Source: Opitutales bacterium (GTDB lineage: Bacteria > Verrucomicrobiota > Verrucomicrobiia > Opitutales > Coraliomargaritaceae). Taken from it: a DNA stretch of 32,000 nt. The notes beneath the pieces were generated by a model. That model searched no databases. It was not told the origin of the DNA and saw only the letters and a program-made list of their open reading frames with translations. Of the stretch, positions 1 through 8,661 are shown piece by piece. The translations under genes and the position numbers were made by a program. Location of the stretch: the NCBI GenBank assembly GCA_049606355.1, contig JBMYVL010000010.1:1-32000 (forward strand). Direction: 5' to 3'. Numbering within the stretch: position 1 is the stretch's first letter; each line of letters opens with the position of its first letter.

Positions 1-79
1 CGCCTCGAACCGGGTGGCCAGCTCGAGCTCAGGCCGACATTCTAGTCAGCGCTTGCTCTACTTTGGCAGCGCAAAGCTT

Positions 80-136
80 AACAAAAAAGGCCTCGTCTAA
101 AAACGAAGCCTTTCAAAGTACCTAGGGCGGGGGTCG
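80..136 (-). repeat. Copy A of a 57/58-bp direct repeat: the last ~21 nt of tRNA-Leu (T-loop to discriminator) plus the downstream terminator
   Basis: 80..136 matches 205..262 (AACAAAAAA(A)GGCCTCGTCTAAAAACGAAGCCTTTCAAAGTACCTAGGGCGGGGGTCG), differing only by one A in the A-run. Similarity stops exactly inside the T-loop: ...GTCGttcc here versus ...GTCGaacc in the intact tRNA. Confidence 0.85.
83..111 (-). terminator. Duplicate rho-independent terminator, inside repeat copy A
   Basis: On the minus strand AGGCTTCGT / ACGAGGCCT forms a 9-bp stem (one G:U) with a 6-nt loop, followed by a T6 run. It is identical to the terminator at 208..237. Confidence 0.6.
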
Positions 137-204
137 TTCCGAGTCGCGCAGCGGCGACATGACCGATCGTGAAACGAATCGGACCACCGTGGTGAGAGCC
201 CTCC

Positions 205-262
205 AACAAAAAAAGGCCTCGTCTAAAAACGAAGCCTTTCAAAGTACCTAGGGCGGGGGTCG
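205..262 (-). repeat. Copy B of the direct repeat, overlapping the 3' end of the intact tRNA-Leu and its terminator
   Basis: See copy A. The two copies are separated by only 68 bp (137..204). Confidence 0.85.
208..237 (-). terminator. Rho-independent terminator downstream of tRNA-Leu
   Basis: Minus strand reads GAAAGGCTTCGT-TTTTAG-ACGAGGCCTTTTTTT: a 9-bp stem, 6-nt loop and T7 tract, starting 8 nt after the tRNA 3' end. Confidence 0.75.
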
Positions 263-326
263 AACCCGCACTCCCGAAGGAACCGGATTTTGAATCCGGC
301 GCGTCTGCCAATTCCGCCACCTAGGC
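245..326 (-). tRNA. tRNA-Leu, anticodon CAA
   Basis: The reverse complement folds by hand as a cloverleaf. Acceptor GCCTAGG/CCTAGGT (G1:U72). D arm GCG-GAATTGGCAGA-CGC. Anticodon stem CCGGA/TCCGG with loop TTCAAAA (anticodon CAA). Long variable arm TTCCTTCGGGAGT, typical of class II Leu. T arm GCGGG-TTCGACC-CCCGC, discriminator A. CCA is not encoded. Total 82 nt. Confidence 0.9.
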
Positions 327-420
327 TTAATGCAAGAAGGCATGGATTAAGCAGGACTCATACATCAATGCAAGTGGAATTCTGCCTGGAGTGAGTGTTG
401 CCTTCGCCTTTGTTCATGGT

Positions 421-451
421 TTGAATCAGCAGCGTCGATTCGCCTATAAAT
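421..451 (+). promoter_or_regulatory. Candidate sigma-70-type promoter for the receiver gene
   Basis: TTGAAT (421-426), an 18-nt spacer, then TATAAAT (445-451), about 20 nt upstream of the ATG at 471. This is a motif match only. Confidence 0.3.
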
Positions 452-470
452 AGAACTCCTGTTTAAACTC

Positions 471-890
471 ATGAATATACTGATTATTGAGGACTCGCAG
501 CCACGCTCCGCGTCGACCTGCCTGCAGTTGCAAGCGCTCGGACATGCGGTTTTTCCGGTTTATGATCTGATCGCAGCGCAGCACCAAATCGAGGCGGGCA
601 CGTCGCGTATCCAGCTGGTTATTCTCGATCAGGATGGCTTCGATGCGCAGGCGATCGCATGGATACTTGCTGTGAAGGCACAGCATCCGGAAATCCACTA
701 TTGGGTTCTCGCCAGCGATTTGCCTGAGCAAGAACGGCGTGCTTTGCAAATGGTTGGCGTCGCGGTTCACCAAAAACCCTTACTCTTTGGGCCGGTACTG
801 GATCGACTGCGTCGTCGTCATGCGCAGCGTGCACCCGTACTACCATTTGTAGACCCTGCCTTGTCGCGGCCCACAGAAGGCGCGGCTTAG
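471..890 (+). CDS. Stand-alone CheY-like response regulator receiver domain (139 aa)
   Basis: Has the acidic pocket IIEDS, phospho-acceptor context LVILDQD, a conserved Ser in VLAS, and the Lys-Pro pair in HQKP. There is no output domain. Confidence 0.85.
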   Translation: MNILIIEDSQPRSASTCLQLQALGHAVFPVYDLIAAQHQIEAGTSRIQLVILDQDGFDAQAIAWILAVKAQHPEIHYWVLASDLPEQERRALQMVGVAVHQKPLLFGPVLDRLRRRHAQRAPVLPFVDPALSRPTEGAA

Positions 891-953
891 GGCTTCTGGC
901 AGATGGTATGAGCGCGCTTGCTTCGGGGAGCGGGTTGGTTTTCAGTCGCTGCT

Positions 954-1790
954 ATGCCACTGCCACTCGAAGATAATTTTGACGATGTCTTGATGAAGGC
1001 ATCGACTGGATTGGGCATCGGTAAGCAGGCTCTTGCTGAGCGTGCAGGTCTGTCGCTGCGCTCCGTGACTCAATTGCTCAGGGGAATTGTGGATGTTCCC
1101 AGTTTGCGGGCTGTAGCTCCAATTCTAGGCCTCCATGCGGAGGCTTTGGTGGCGATGGCCCAGGGCAGTGGGACTCCGGCGCCAATAGCCTTCTCCTGTC
1201 TGCGCTGTTACACCACGCCGTTCCCAGTACCGGGCTATGCTGCGATGACGGTTAATAGCTACCTTGCGTGGTGTGCTGAAACTAGGCAGGCGGTGGCGTT
1301 TGATACTGGTTCGAATACCGAAGCGCTGCAGGCGGATCTCGAGAGTAGGGGCTTAACTCTCAAAGCGCTTTTTCTGACACATACGCATCCGGATCATGTG
1401 GCAGCCTGCGATGAGTTGCGGGCCCGAGCAGATGCACCTGCGCTCTATGCTCCAAAGCACGAGCCGTATCCGCAATCGCTCGAGGTACAGGCTGGGGATG
1501 AATTTCACTATGGGAAGCTGCGTGTTGAGGCACGGCTCACCAGTGGCCATTCGCCCGGTGGGCTGAGCTATGTCCTCGCCGGTCTGGAGCGACCAGTCGC
1601 CGTCGTGGGTGATGCCTTGTTCTGCCTTTCGCAAGGCGGAGCCCGCACGCAGTATGCGCGGGCACTTAAGAATAACCGCGAGCAATTACTTTCCTTGCCC
1701 GAGGCGACAGTGCTGTGCCCAGGGCATGGCCCAATGACAACGGTGCAATGGGAGCAAGCGCACAACCCGTTTTTCCCGGAGTTTAAGTAA
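954..1790 (+). CDS. N-terminal XRE-type HTH fused to an MBL-fold metallo-hydrolase (glyoxalase II-like)
   Basis: HTH-like QALAERAGLSLRSVTQLLRG. MBL motifs THTHPDHV (HxHxDH), GHSPG, GDALF and PGHGP. The ORF is open from 918 (TTG), but the first ATG at 954 (MPLPLED) is preferred. Confidence 0.8.
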   Translation: MPLPLEDNFDDVLMKASTGLGIGKQALAERAGLSLRSVTQLLRGIVDVPSLRAVAPILGLHAEALVAMAQGSGTPAPIAFSCLRCYTTPFPVPGYAAMTVNSYLAWCAETRQAVAFDTGSNTEALQADLESRGLTLKALFLTHTHPDHVAACDELRARADAPALYAPKHEPYPQSLEVQAGDEFHYGKLRVEARLTSGHSPGGLSYVLAGLERPVAVVGDALFCLSQGGARTQYARALKNNREQLLSLPEATVLCPGHGPMTTVQWEQAHNPFFPEFK

Positions 1791-1794
1791 ACAT

Positions 1795-1818
1795 ATCAAA
1801 ATATCCTGATATTTTGAT
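1795..1818. promoter_or_regulatory. Perfect 10-bp AT-rich inverted repeat between the MBL gene stop and the metK start
   Basis: ATCAAAATAT-cctg-ATATTTTGAT. It could be an operator or a weak terminator hairpin. Function is unknown. Confidence 0.3.
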
Positions 1819-1865
1819 GTAATGCTTGCTAAGGCTGCTGCGATTGGCTTAATCTGCTAAAGATT

Positions 1866-3029
1866 ATGAGTGGTAGTTTTATATTTTCTTCGGAGTCGGT
1901 TGGCGAAGGCCATCCAGACAAGGTCGCTGACTATATTTCGGATAGTGTTTTGGATGCTTGCTTGGCGCAGGATCCCCACAGTCGGGTTGCCTGTGAGACC
2001 TTAGTGAAGAGCAATTGCGTTTTTCTTGCGGGTGAAATCACGACCCACGCAAAGCTGAATTATGAAGCGATCGTGCGTGAGGCGATCCGCGAGATTGGCT
2101 ACGTGCATGACGATGATGTCTTTCATGCGGATAAGGTATTTATCTCCAATGTTCTCACGGCACAATCTGCAGATATTGCGCAGGGTGTGGATGCGGCTGC
2201 GGCTGAGGGCAAGACGACCGAGGAGCAGGGTGCCGGCGACCAAGGGATCATGTTCGGCTATGCCTGTAACCAGACACCTGAGTTGATGCCTGCGCCGGTC
2301 ATGTTTGCACACCGCCTGTTGCGCGAAATGGCGCACCAGCGCAAGGAGGTTAAGGTTCCGTGGTTGCGTCCCGATGTCAAAAGTCAGGTAGCGTTGGAAT
2401 ACGTCAACGGGCAAGCCGTGGGAATCAAGAACGTGGTCATTTCTACCCAACATGCGGATTCGGTATCCCATGCGGAGATCCGTGATTTTTGCATTGAGGA
2501 GGTGATTCGCAAGGTGCTTCCGGCTGAGCTGTTAAATGCGGATACCGAATACTTAATTAACCCGACGGGTAAGTTTGTCATTGGTGGTCCGCAGGGTGAT
2601 GCCGGTCTCACTGGTCGCAAAATCATCGTTGATACCTACGGCGGTTGGGCGCGCCACGGCGGTGGCGCTTTCTCAGGGAAGGATCCTTCGAAAGTGGACC
2701 GTTCAGCGGCGTATTTCACCCGTTGGGTGGCGAAAAATATCGTTGCTGCCGGCCTAGCGGACGCCTGCGAACTCGAGGTGGCTTATGCCATCGGGCATCC
2801 GTACCCAACCAGTATCCATGTGGACACCTTCGGTACCGGTACGGTCGCCGATGAGGCAATTGCTGAAGCTGCGCAGAAAGTATTTAGCTTCAAGCCCGCC
2901 GATATTGTAAGTCAGCTCGACTTGTTACGCCCCATTTATCGCGAATCGACTCATTACGGTCATTTCGCGAAGGAAACTCTACCGTGGGAGTCGACCGCCA
3001 AGGCCGAAGAACTCAAAGCAGCACTATAA
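1866..3029 (+). CDS. metK: S-adenosylmethionine synthetase
   Basis: 387 aa with hallmark motifs [22 protein letters not shown] and [19 protein letters not shown]. Confidence 0.97.
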   Translation: MSGSFIFSSESVGEGHPDKVADYISDSVLDACLAQDPHSRVACETLVKSNCVFLAGEITTHAKLNYEAIVREAIREIGYVHDDDVFHADKVFISNVLTAQSADIAQGVDAAAAEGKTTEEQGAGDQGIMFGYACNQTPELMPAPVMFAHRLLREMAHQRKEVKVPWLRPDVKSQVALEYVNGQAVGIKNVVISTQHADSVSHAEIRDFCIEEVIRKVLPAELLNADTEYLINPTGKFVIGGPQGDAGLTGRKIIVDTYGGWARHGGGAFSGKDPSKVDRSAAYFTRWVAKNIVAAGLADACELEVAYAIGHPYPTSIHVDTFGTGTVADEAIAEAAQKVFSFKPADIVSQLDLLRPIYRESTHYGHFAKETLPWESTAKAEELKAAL

Positions 3030-3047
3030 CTAAGGAACGTACAGATT

Positions 3048-4493
3048 ATGTCCACAGATACACTTACTACCACGACGACTGATTATAAAGTCAAAGACAT
3101 CAGCTTGGCCGATTTTGGGCGCAAGGAAATTGAGATTGCGCAGTATGAGATGCCCGGTCTGATGGCGACCCGTGAAAAATATGCGGCGGAGCAGCCACTC
3201 AAAGGCGTGCGCGTGATGGGTTCGCTGCACATGACGGTGCAAACAGCAGTGTTAATTGAGACGCTACAAGTCCTCGGCGCGGATGTGCGTTGGTGCTCGT
3301 GTAATATTTTTTCGACGCAGGATCATGCTGCGGCCTATGTGGCCAAGCATTTGGATGTGCCGGTTTTCGCATGGAAGGGCGAGACCCTTGAGGAGTATTG
3401 GTGGTGCACCGAGCAGGCGCTCACCTGGCCGGATGGCTCGGGACCACAACTGATTGTCGACGATGGCGGCGATGCAACTTTATTGATTCACAAAGGCTAT
3501 GAGCTGGAGGAAGGCAGCGACTGGGTAGAGTCTGAATCCGGTAGCATGGAGGAGACCGTGATTAAGAATTTGCTGAAGAAGATTCACTCAGAGAAGCCGA
3601 ACCATTGGCATACCGTGGTGGAGGACTGGAAGGGCGTTTCCGAGGAGACGACGACCGGTGTGCACCGACTGTATGAGATGCACAATGCAGGCAAGCTATT
3701 GGTGCCGGCGATCAATGTGAATGACTCGGTCACCAAGTCCAAGTTTGATAATTTGTATGGTTGCCGTGAATCGCTGCTGGATGGCATCAAGCGCGCGACC
3801 GATGTGATGATCTCCGGAAAGGTCGGCGTTGTGTGTGGTTATGGAGATGTCGGTAAAGGTTGTGCGGCCGCCCTTAAAGGGATGGGGGCTCAAGTAGTGG
3901 TGACCGAAGTGGATCCGATCTGTGCGCTGCAAGCGGCGATGGAAGGTTACCGTGTCTTGACAGTTGAAGACACCTTGGGATGGGGAGATATTTATGTAAC
4001 CACGACGGGTAACTACGGAATCATTACCGCCGACCACATGTCGAAAATGAAAGATCAGGCGATCGTTTGTAATATCGGGCACTTCGATAATGAGATCGAG
4101 GTTGACCGTTTGAACGATATGCCAGGCGTTGATATTGAAGAGATTAAGCCGGATGACCAAGGTGCGGTGGATAAGTATACCTTTCCCAGTGGTAACAGTA
4201 TCTATTTGCTGGCAAAAGGCCGCCTGGTGAATCTTGGCTGTGCCACGGGACATCCTTCTTTTGTGATGTCGAACAGCTTCACCAATCAAGCCTTGGCTCA
4301 GATCGAACTGTGGAAGCAAGTCGAGAAGTACACTCCGGGGGTGTATATTTTACCGAAGCACATCGATGAAGAAGTGGCGCGTTTGCACCTTGAGAAGATT
4401 GGCTGTAAACTGACGGTGCTCACGGAGCAACAGGCTAGTTATATTGGGGTTAAGCCGGGTGGGCCGTATAAGTCGGACCATTATCGATACTAG
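3048..4493 (+). CDS. ahcY: Adenosylhomocysteinase
   Basis: 481 aa with [13 protein letters not shown], the NAD-binding [24 protein letters not shown] and a C-terminal KSDHYRY. It lies 18 nt after metK and is probably co-transcribed. Confidence 0.97.
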   Translation: MSTDTLTTTTTDYKVKDISLADFGRKEIEIAQYEMPGLMATREKYAAEQPLKGVRVMGSLHMTVQTAVLIETLQVLGADVRWCSCNIFSTQDHAAAYVAKHLDVPVFAWKGETLEEYWWCTEQALTWPDGSGPQLIVDDGGDATLLIHKGYELEEGSDWVESESGSMEETVIKNLLKKIHSEKPNHWHTVVEDWKGVSEETTTGVHRLYEMHNAGKLLVPAINVNDSVTKSKFDNLYGCRESLLDGIKRATDVMISGKVGVVCGYGDVGKGCAAALKGMGAQVVVTEVDPICALQAAMEGYRVLTVEDTLGWGDIYVTTTGNYGIITADHMSKMKDQAIVCNIGHFDNEIEVDRLNDMPGVDIEEIKPDDQGAVDKYTFPSGNSIYLLAKGRLVNLGCATGHPSFVMSNSFTNQALAQIELWKQVEKYTPGVYILPKHIDEEVARLHLEKIGCKLTVLTEQQASYIGVKPGGPYKSDHYRY

Positions 4494-4503
4494 CTTGTCA
4501 TAC

Positions 4504-4532
4504 AAAGCGCTCCTGAAATGGAGCGCTTTTTT
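4504..4532 (+). terminator. Rho-independent terminator after ahcY
   Basis: AAAGCGCTCC-tgaaat-GGAGCGCTTT forms a 10-bp stem that runs into a T6 tract. Confidence 0.85.
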
Positions 4533-4583
4533 GTTGGCGAAAAATTCGTGCGCTTTTGTGATCCATCCTATACTGCTGTCTGT

Positions 4584-5687
4584 ATGACGAAAAAGAAAGC
4601 TGCGCGAAAAGTGACTCCTCAGACCTCGAAACCCTATGCGGCGCCTGAATTCCTCGTTGATTTATTAAATGCGCGCTCGCCTACCGGTCACGAATATGAA
4701 GCGCAAGCGGTGGTTGATCGGCAGGTAGAGCCTGTCGTCGATGAATACCGTAAAGATACCATGGGCAATCGCTTTGCGACGGTGAACCCAAACGGAGATC
4801 CATCGATTCTATTTACCGGGCATATTGATGAGCTCGGTCTGATCGTGACTTATATTAACGAAAAGGGCTTCGTCTATTTTGATACGCTGGGTGGACATGA
4901 TAAATCAATGATCTCCGGTCGCCGTGTTTCGATCCTAACTCGAAACGGTATCGTTAAGGGAGTGACCGGAAAGCGGGCGATTCACCTAATGACAGCGGAG
5001 GATCGTAAAAAGGTACCGCAGACTCATGAGATCTGGATTGACCTTGGCGTGCAGTCGAAGGAAGAGGCTGAGGCCTTAGTCCGCATCGGTGACTGCGCGG
5101 TCTACGACCAAAGTTTCGAACTGGTTCGTGGCAGCGTGGGCGTGGCGCGTGCGTTTGATGATAAGGCGGGCGCCTACGCGGTGCTTGAAGCCGTGCGCCG
5201 CTTGTCGAAGGGCAAGCTCGCCGCCAAGGTGACGGCTGCTGCAACGACGCAGGAAGAAATCGGCACACGCGGTGCGATGACGGCAGCCTTTTCGGAGAAT
5301 CCGGATTTTGCAATTGCGGTGGACGTCGGTCACGCAACCGACTCCCCGGACTGCGATCCCCGTAAGTATGGTAGCTTTAAGCAGGGCGGTGGCCCGATTA
5401 TTTGCCGAGGTCCAAACATTAACCCGGTGATCTTTGAGCGCATTGTGGAAGTTGCTGAGAAGCATACGATCCCATATCAGCTTGAAGCGGATCCGCGACC
5501 GACCGGTACGGATGCCCGTGCGATTCAAGTCGCTCAGGCGGGTATTGCGACCGGCTTATTATCGATTCCGCTGCGCTATATGCACACGCCGAGCGAGATG
5601 GTGGACCTCGAAGATATTGAGCACACCGTGCAACTCCTCGTTGCTGTAGCGCGCTCTCTCAAGAAGGACGAGCGCGGAATTTGGTAG
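4584..5687 (+). CDS. M42 family glutamyl aminopeptidase / endoglucanase-like metallopeptidase
   Basis: Metal-ligand motifs GHIDELG, AFDDKAG, QEEIGTRGA, VDVGHATD and RYMHTPSE. The track start at 4518 sits in the loop of the ahcY terminator, so the ATG at 4584 (MTKKKAARK) is preferred. Confidence 0.85.
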   Translation: MTKKKAARKVTPQTSKPYAAPEFLVDLLNARSPTGHEYEAQAVVDRQVEPVVDEYRKDTMGNRFATVNPNGDPSILFTGHIDELGLIVTYINEKGFVYFDTLGGHDKSMISGRRVSILTRNGIVKGVTGKRAIHLMTAEDRKKVPQTHEIWIDLGVQSKEEAEALVRIGDCAVYDQSFELVRGSVGVARAFDDKAGAYAVLEAVRRLSKGKLAAKVTAAATTQEEIGTRGAMTAAFSENPDFAIAVDVGHATDSPDCDPRKYGSFKQGGGPIICRGPNINPVIFERIVEVAEKHTIPYQLEADPRPTGTDARAIQVAQAGIATGLLSIPLRYMHTPSEMVDLEDIEHTVQLLVAVARSLKKDERGIW

Positions 5688-5707
5688 GTACGTTTGAATG
5701 CTTTCCT

Positions 5708-5741
5708 ACTGCTTGTGGTAATTTATACGAACACAAGCAGT
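5708..5741. terminator. Hairpin between convergent genes, a possible bidirectional terminator
   Basis: ACTGCTTGTG / CACAAGCAGT forms a 10-bp perfect stem with a 14-nt loop. Neither side has a clear U-tract, so terminator function is uncertain. Confidence 0.35.
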
Positions 5742-5763
5742 TCAAAGACGGGTACCGTTTCGT

Positions 5764-7179
5764 TTAATTTTGGGGTGACTGCCTTGTCACAGTCGACAGC
5801 TCATCGACGAGATCTTCGATTGGGTAAGTCCATATTTCCGACAAAGTGGGGTGATACCAGTGTACCTTGAGTAGGTCATGAATGTTAGCCTTTAAGCTGA
5901 CGGCAACGGCCAAGGCATGGATTAACTCTCCGGCATCCTGACCCACACATTCGGCACCGAGTACTACGCCTTCGGTATTACAGATGACTTTCACGTAGCC
6001 GTATTTGGCCTCCATGAGAATGGACTTGCCGTGATCGTCAAAGGGATAGTCGGCGACATGGTAATCGATACCACGTTCCTTGAGTTGCGTTTCGCTGAGG
6101 CCGACCGTGGCCACTTGCGGATCGGTAAAGACCACGCCAACAAGTGCATCGTAGTTGATTGGTTGCGCAGGCCGACCAGTTGCGTGCTTGGCTGCGGTTT
6201 CGCCCTGCATGATGGCAACATGCACAATTTCGTGCGGGCCAGCAACATCCCCACAGGCATAGACCTTCGGGTTGTGGGTCTGTTGCATTGCATTGCAGTT
6301 GATGTGACCGCTGGGGAGAGTGTGAATGCCGGCTTCGTTGAGACCGAGTCCGTCAGTTGCCGGGCGGCGTCCGAGTGCGTTGATCAGGTGGGGTGCTTCA
6401 ACAGTGAGCGTTTCACCTTGCTGCTCAAAGCTTACCGTAAAGCGTCCATCACTATGACGAACCGATTGCAGTTTAGTGCTGGTGTAAAGTTGGATGCCGG
6501 CGGCTTTGAAGACTTGCTGGATTACCTCGGCGGCAGGGGTGGACAGTTCTTTCAGCACATGTGAACTGCGTTGAATCTGAATAACTTCCGTGCCGATACG
6601 ATTGAGAAATTGCACTAACTCGCAGGCGACGATGCCACCGCCGAGAATAATGACTTTTTTCGGTTTAAAATCGAGATCGAGGATATCGTCGCTGGTCCAG
6701 TAGGGAACATCGGCAAGGCCTCGAATGGGTGGAACAGAGACCGTCGATCCAGTCGCGATTATGAAGTGATCGGCGGTCAAACGTTGGCCGTTGTCGAGTT
6801 CGATTGTTGTGGTATCGATAAAGCGAGCGTTGTTGCGGAACAGCGTGAAACGCTCGCTTTGCAATTGCTCCGCACGGTAGTCAGCAAAGTCTTGAATGAT
6901 GGTTCGCTTACGTTCCTGTAAGGCCTGCATGTCCGCGTCCGCTTGGGGGATTTGCAGCCCGAAGGTTTCCCCTTGTTGTGCCTTGTGCAGTACCTCGGCA
7001 GAGTAGAGTAAGGTTTTAGAGGGCATGCAGCCGCGCAGAATGCAAAGCCCGCCAAGCGTTTGCGCGCCATCAATAATCGCGACGCGATCGAGTGTTTCGC
7101 GGGCAGTACGTGCGGCTGCATAGCCACCGCTGCCGCCACCGATCACAATATAATCAAAATGCTGTGGCTGCTCGCTCAT
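5764..7179 (-). CDS. Class I FAD-dependent pyridine nucleotide-disulfide oxidoreductase (dihydrolipoyl dehydrogenase / glutathione-reductase family)
   Basis: FAD motif IVIGGGSGG, redox-active disulfide GGLCILRGCMPSK, NAD(P) motif ILGGGIVACE, and the dimerisation-domain His-Glu pair HPTLSEI. The substrate cannot be assigned from sequence alone. Confidence 0.85.
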   Translation of the reverse strand: MSEQPQHFDYIVIGGGSGGYAAARTARETLDRVAIIDGAQTLGGLCILRGCMPSKTLLYSAEVLHKAQQGETFGLQIPQADADMQALQERKRTIIQDFADYRAEQLQSERFTLFRNNARFIDTTTIELDNGQRLTADHFIIATGSTVSVPPIRGLADVPYWTSDDILDLDFKPKKVIILGGGIVACELVQFLNRIGTEVIQIQRSSHVLKELSTPAAEVIQQVFKAAGIQLYTSTKLQSVRHSDGRFTVSFEQQGETLTVEAPHLINALGRRPATDGLGLNEAGIHTLPSGHINCNAMQQTHNPKVYACGDVAGPHEIVHVAIMQGETAAKHATGRPAQPINYDALVGVVFTDPQVATVGLSETQLKERGIDYHVADYPFDDHGKSILMEAKYGYVKVICNTEGVVLGAECVGQDAGELIHALAVAVSLKANIHDLLKVHWYHPTLSEIWTYPIEDLVDELSTVTRQSPQN

Positions 7180-7197
7180 CCGTATGTGTTGCTCAAC

Positions 7198-8661
7198 TTA
7201 TTTAGATATATCTTTGTACTCGCCAGCGAAGAAGGGTACTTTCCGTTGCCATTGTGGCACCACTAATTGTGGACGGGCGTCAACAAGGTCGGTTTCGGTG
7301 CGGCTCAGCTTGGCCCAGCGCAAGGCGCTGAAAAAGACGACAAGTAAGCTCAGGAAGACCGCAGGTGACATCAAAGGAGAATCGCAAAAGGCTAAAAGGA
7401 TGACAGCGCCACATCCGATGAGCATGTGTTGGCTTAATAGAACGTTTCGTATTTGGTGCTGATACTTAATCAGTAAATAACAAGCTGCAATTGGGAGTAG
7501 TAGTGCGCCAAAAATGCCGAGTTCTGCCAGATATTGCAGGACATCCGAAACCGCACGCTCGTGGCGCTCATTCAGTAATTTATCCGCGTTATAGAAGGGT
7601 GCCAGTTGGGCGAAGCTATCAAAGCCCCAACCAAAGAAGGGCTTTTCACTGAAGATTTTCAATGCTGCGAGGCGAAGGCTGCCGTACTCAGAAGCGATTG
7701 GATAATTCTGATAGAGCCGTACAACAGTTCCTGCAAAGATAACGGTACTGCCAAGCCCACAGAAAAGAGCGATTCGATTGCGGTGCCGGTCGATGGTTCG
7801 AGTTAGGAAATTGATTGCAACAATCAGCAGCAATACAGAGAAGGACAGCAATAATACCGTGCTTGGCCAAACAGCATTGATCGCAAAGCCAGATAATCCG
7901 AGTAGTGTCGCACCGGTTAAATACCATGGCCCGGAGGAATCAATAAAGTCCCCACTGTCATCGTAGCGTGTGGTCAACAAAGCCATGGCGACACAGACTG
8001 CCGCCCAGAGTGTCGCAAAGGCGGCCCAATGCCCATCGTAGGGAAAGAAAGCAAAGAAGTCTGCTTGACCGGTTCCGCGGGTGAAGATGGGCGAATCTAG
8101 ATTTAATGCCTTTTGGAGATAGCCGAAGACGGCAAGGATCACCGCGATGAGGCAGAAAGGAGGAAAGATGCGTTCGAAAAAAGCGCGTGATTTCGGTATG
8201 ATGTACAAGTTCAGGGCGAGTAAGTAGATCGATACGTAAGTGAGTACCGAGAGCCATGTATTTGTATCCTTTACTGAGGTTGGTTGCCAGGCAGAGGTGC
8301 TTTCAATTTGCTGATAAAGCTGCCCATTGAATTCGAAGCTGCTTAATGGATTGTGCAGTAGCCCAACGATAAATTGCAGACAAAAAAGCCAAGCCGGAGC
8401 ACTGAGTTGCCAGTATCGCTTCCACAGGGCATCAATTATAAATGGATGCGTGTGTTCATGCACTTTGACCATTGCGGGAGTTAGAACACCCACAATTAAG
8501 AAAAATCCCAATAGCCAGAAAGAGCGTGGGGTTGCGATCACGGAGGCCAGACTTGCTGTGATCAGTATCGCCCAAAAAGTTAGGCTTTCAGCAGGAGTGA
8601 AAGTATCACGAAGCAGTCGCTCGCGCGGATGGAGTCTACGACCTTGGATGGTTTCGATCAC
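7198..8661 (-). CDS. O-antigen ligase / Wzy_C-like polytopic membrane protein
   Basis: Has many predicted TM helices and a family-like segment PFFGWGFDSFAQLAPFY...VSDVLQYLAELGIFG. The ORF is open to 8871 but those codons overlap the DJ-1 gene. The in-frame GTG at 8661 forms a GTGA overlap with the DJ-1 stop, so the start is an inference. Confidence 0.65.
   Translation of the reverse strand: MIETIQGRRLHPRERLLRDTFTPAESLTFWAILITASLASVIATPRSFWLLGFFLIVGVLTPAMVKVHEHTHPFIIDALWKRYWQLSAPAWLFCLQFIVGLLHNPLSSFEFNGQLYQQIESTSAWQPTSVKDTNTWLSVLTYVSIYLLALNLYIIPKSRAFFERIFPPFCLIAVILAVFGYLQKALNLDSPIFTRGTGQADFFAFFPYDGHWAAFATLWAAVCVAMALLTTRYDDSGDFIDSSGPWYLTGATLLGLSGFAINAVWPSTVLLLSFSVLLLIVAINFLTRTIDRHRNRIALFCGLGSTVIFAGTVVRLYQNYPIASEYGSLRLAALKIFSEKPFFGWGFDSFAQLAPFYNADKLLNERHERAVSDVLQYLAELGIFGALLLPIAACYLLIKYQHQIRNVLLSQHMLIGCGAVILLAFCDSPLMSPAVFLSLLVVFFSALRWAKLSRTETDLVDARPQLVVPQWQRKVPFFAGEYKDISK

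Noticed and set aside
137-204. Possible second (pseudo-)tRNA body upstream of the duplicated 3' end
   Set aside because: The reverse complement has no D arm, anticodon arm or T stem (GGAACGACC instead of GGTTCGACC). Only small unrelated hairpins are present.
78-320. An 80-aa minus-strand ORF spanning the tRNA-Leu gene and both repeat copies
   Set aside because: It is fully explained by the tRNA, the two terminators and the direct repeat. Its internal protein repeat (TPALGTLKGFVFRRGLF twice) is just the translated DNA repeat.
4518-4583. N-terminal ORF extensions given by the track. This one is for the M42 peptidase; the others are 918-953, 8662-8871, 9231-9311 and 30176-30280.
   Set aside because: The 4518 start lies in the loop of the ahcY terminator. 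The other extensions overlap upstream genes or add residues that do not resemble the family. Internal starts fit better.
7255-7270. A second TGGCAC (sigma-54 -24-like) motif
   Set aside because: The spacing to the nearest TTG is off by one. It lies inside a minus-strand coding region and no downstream plus-strand gene follows.
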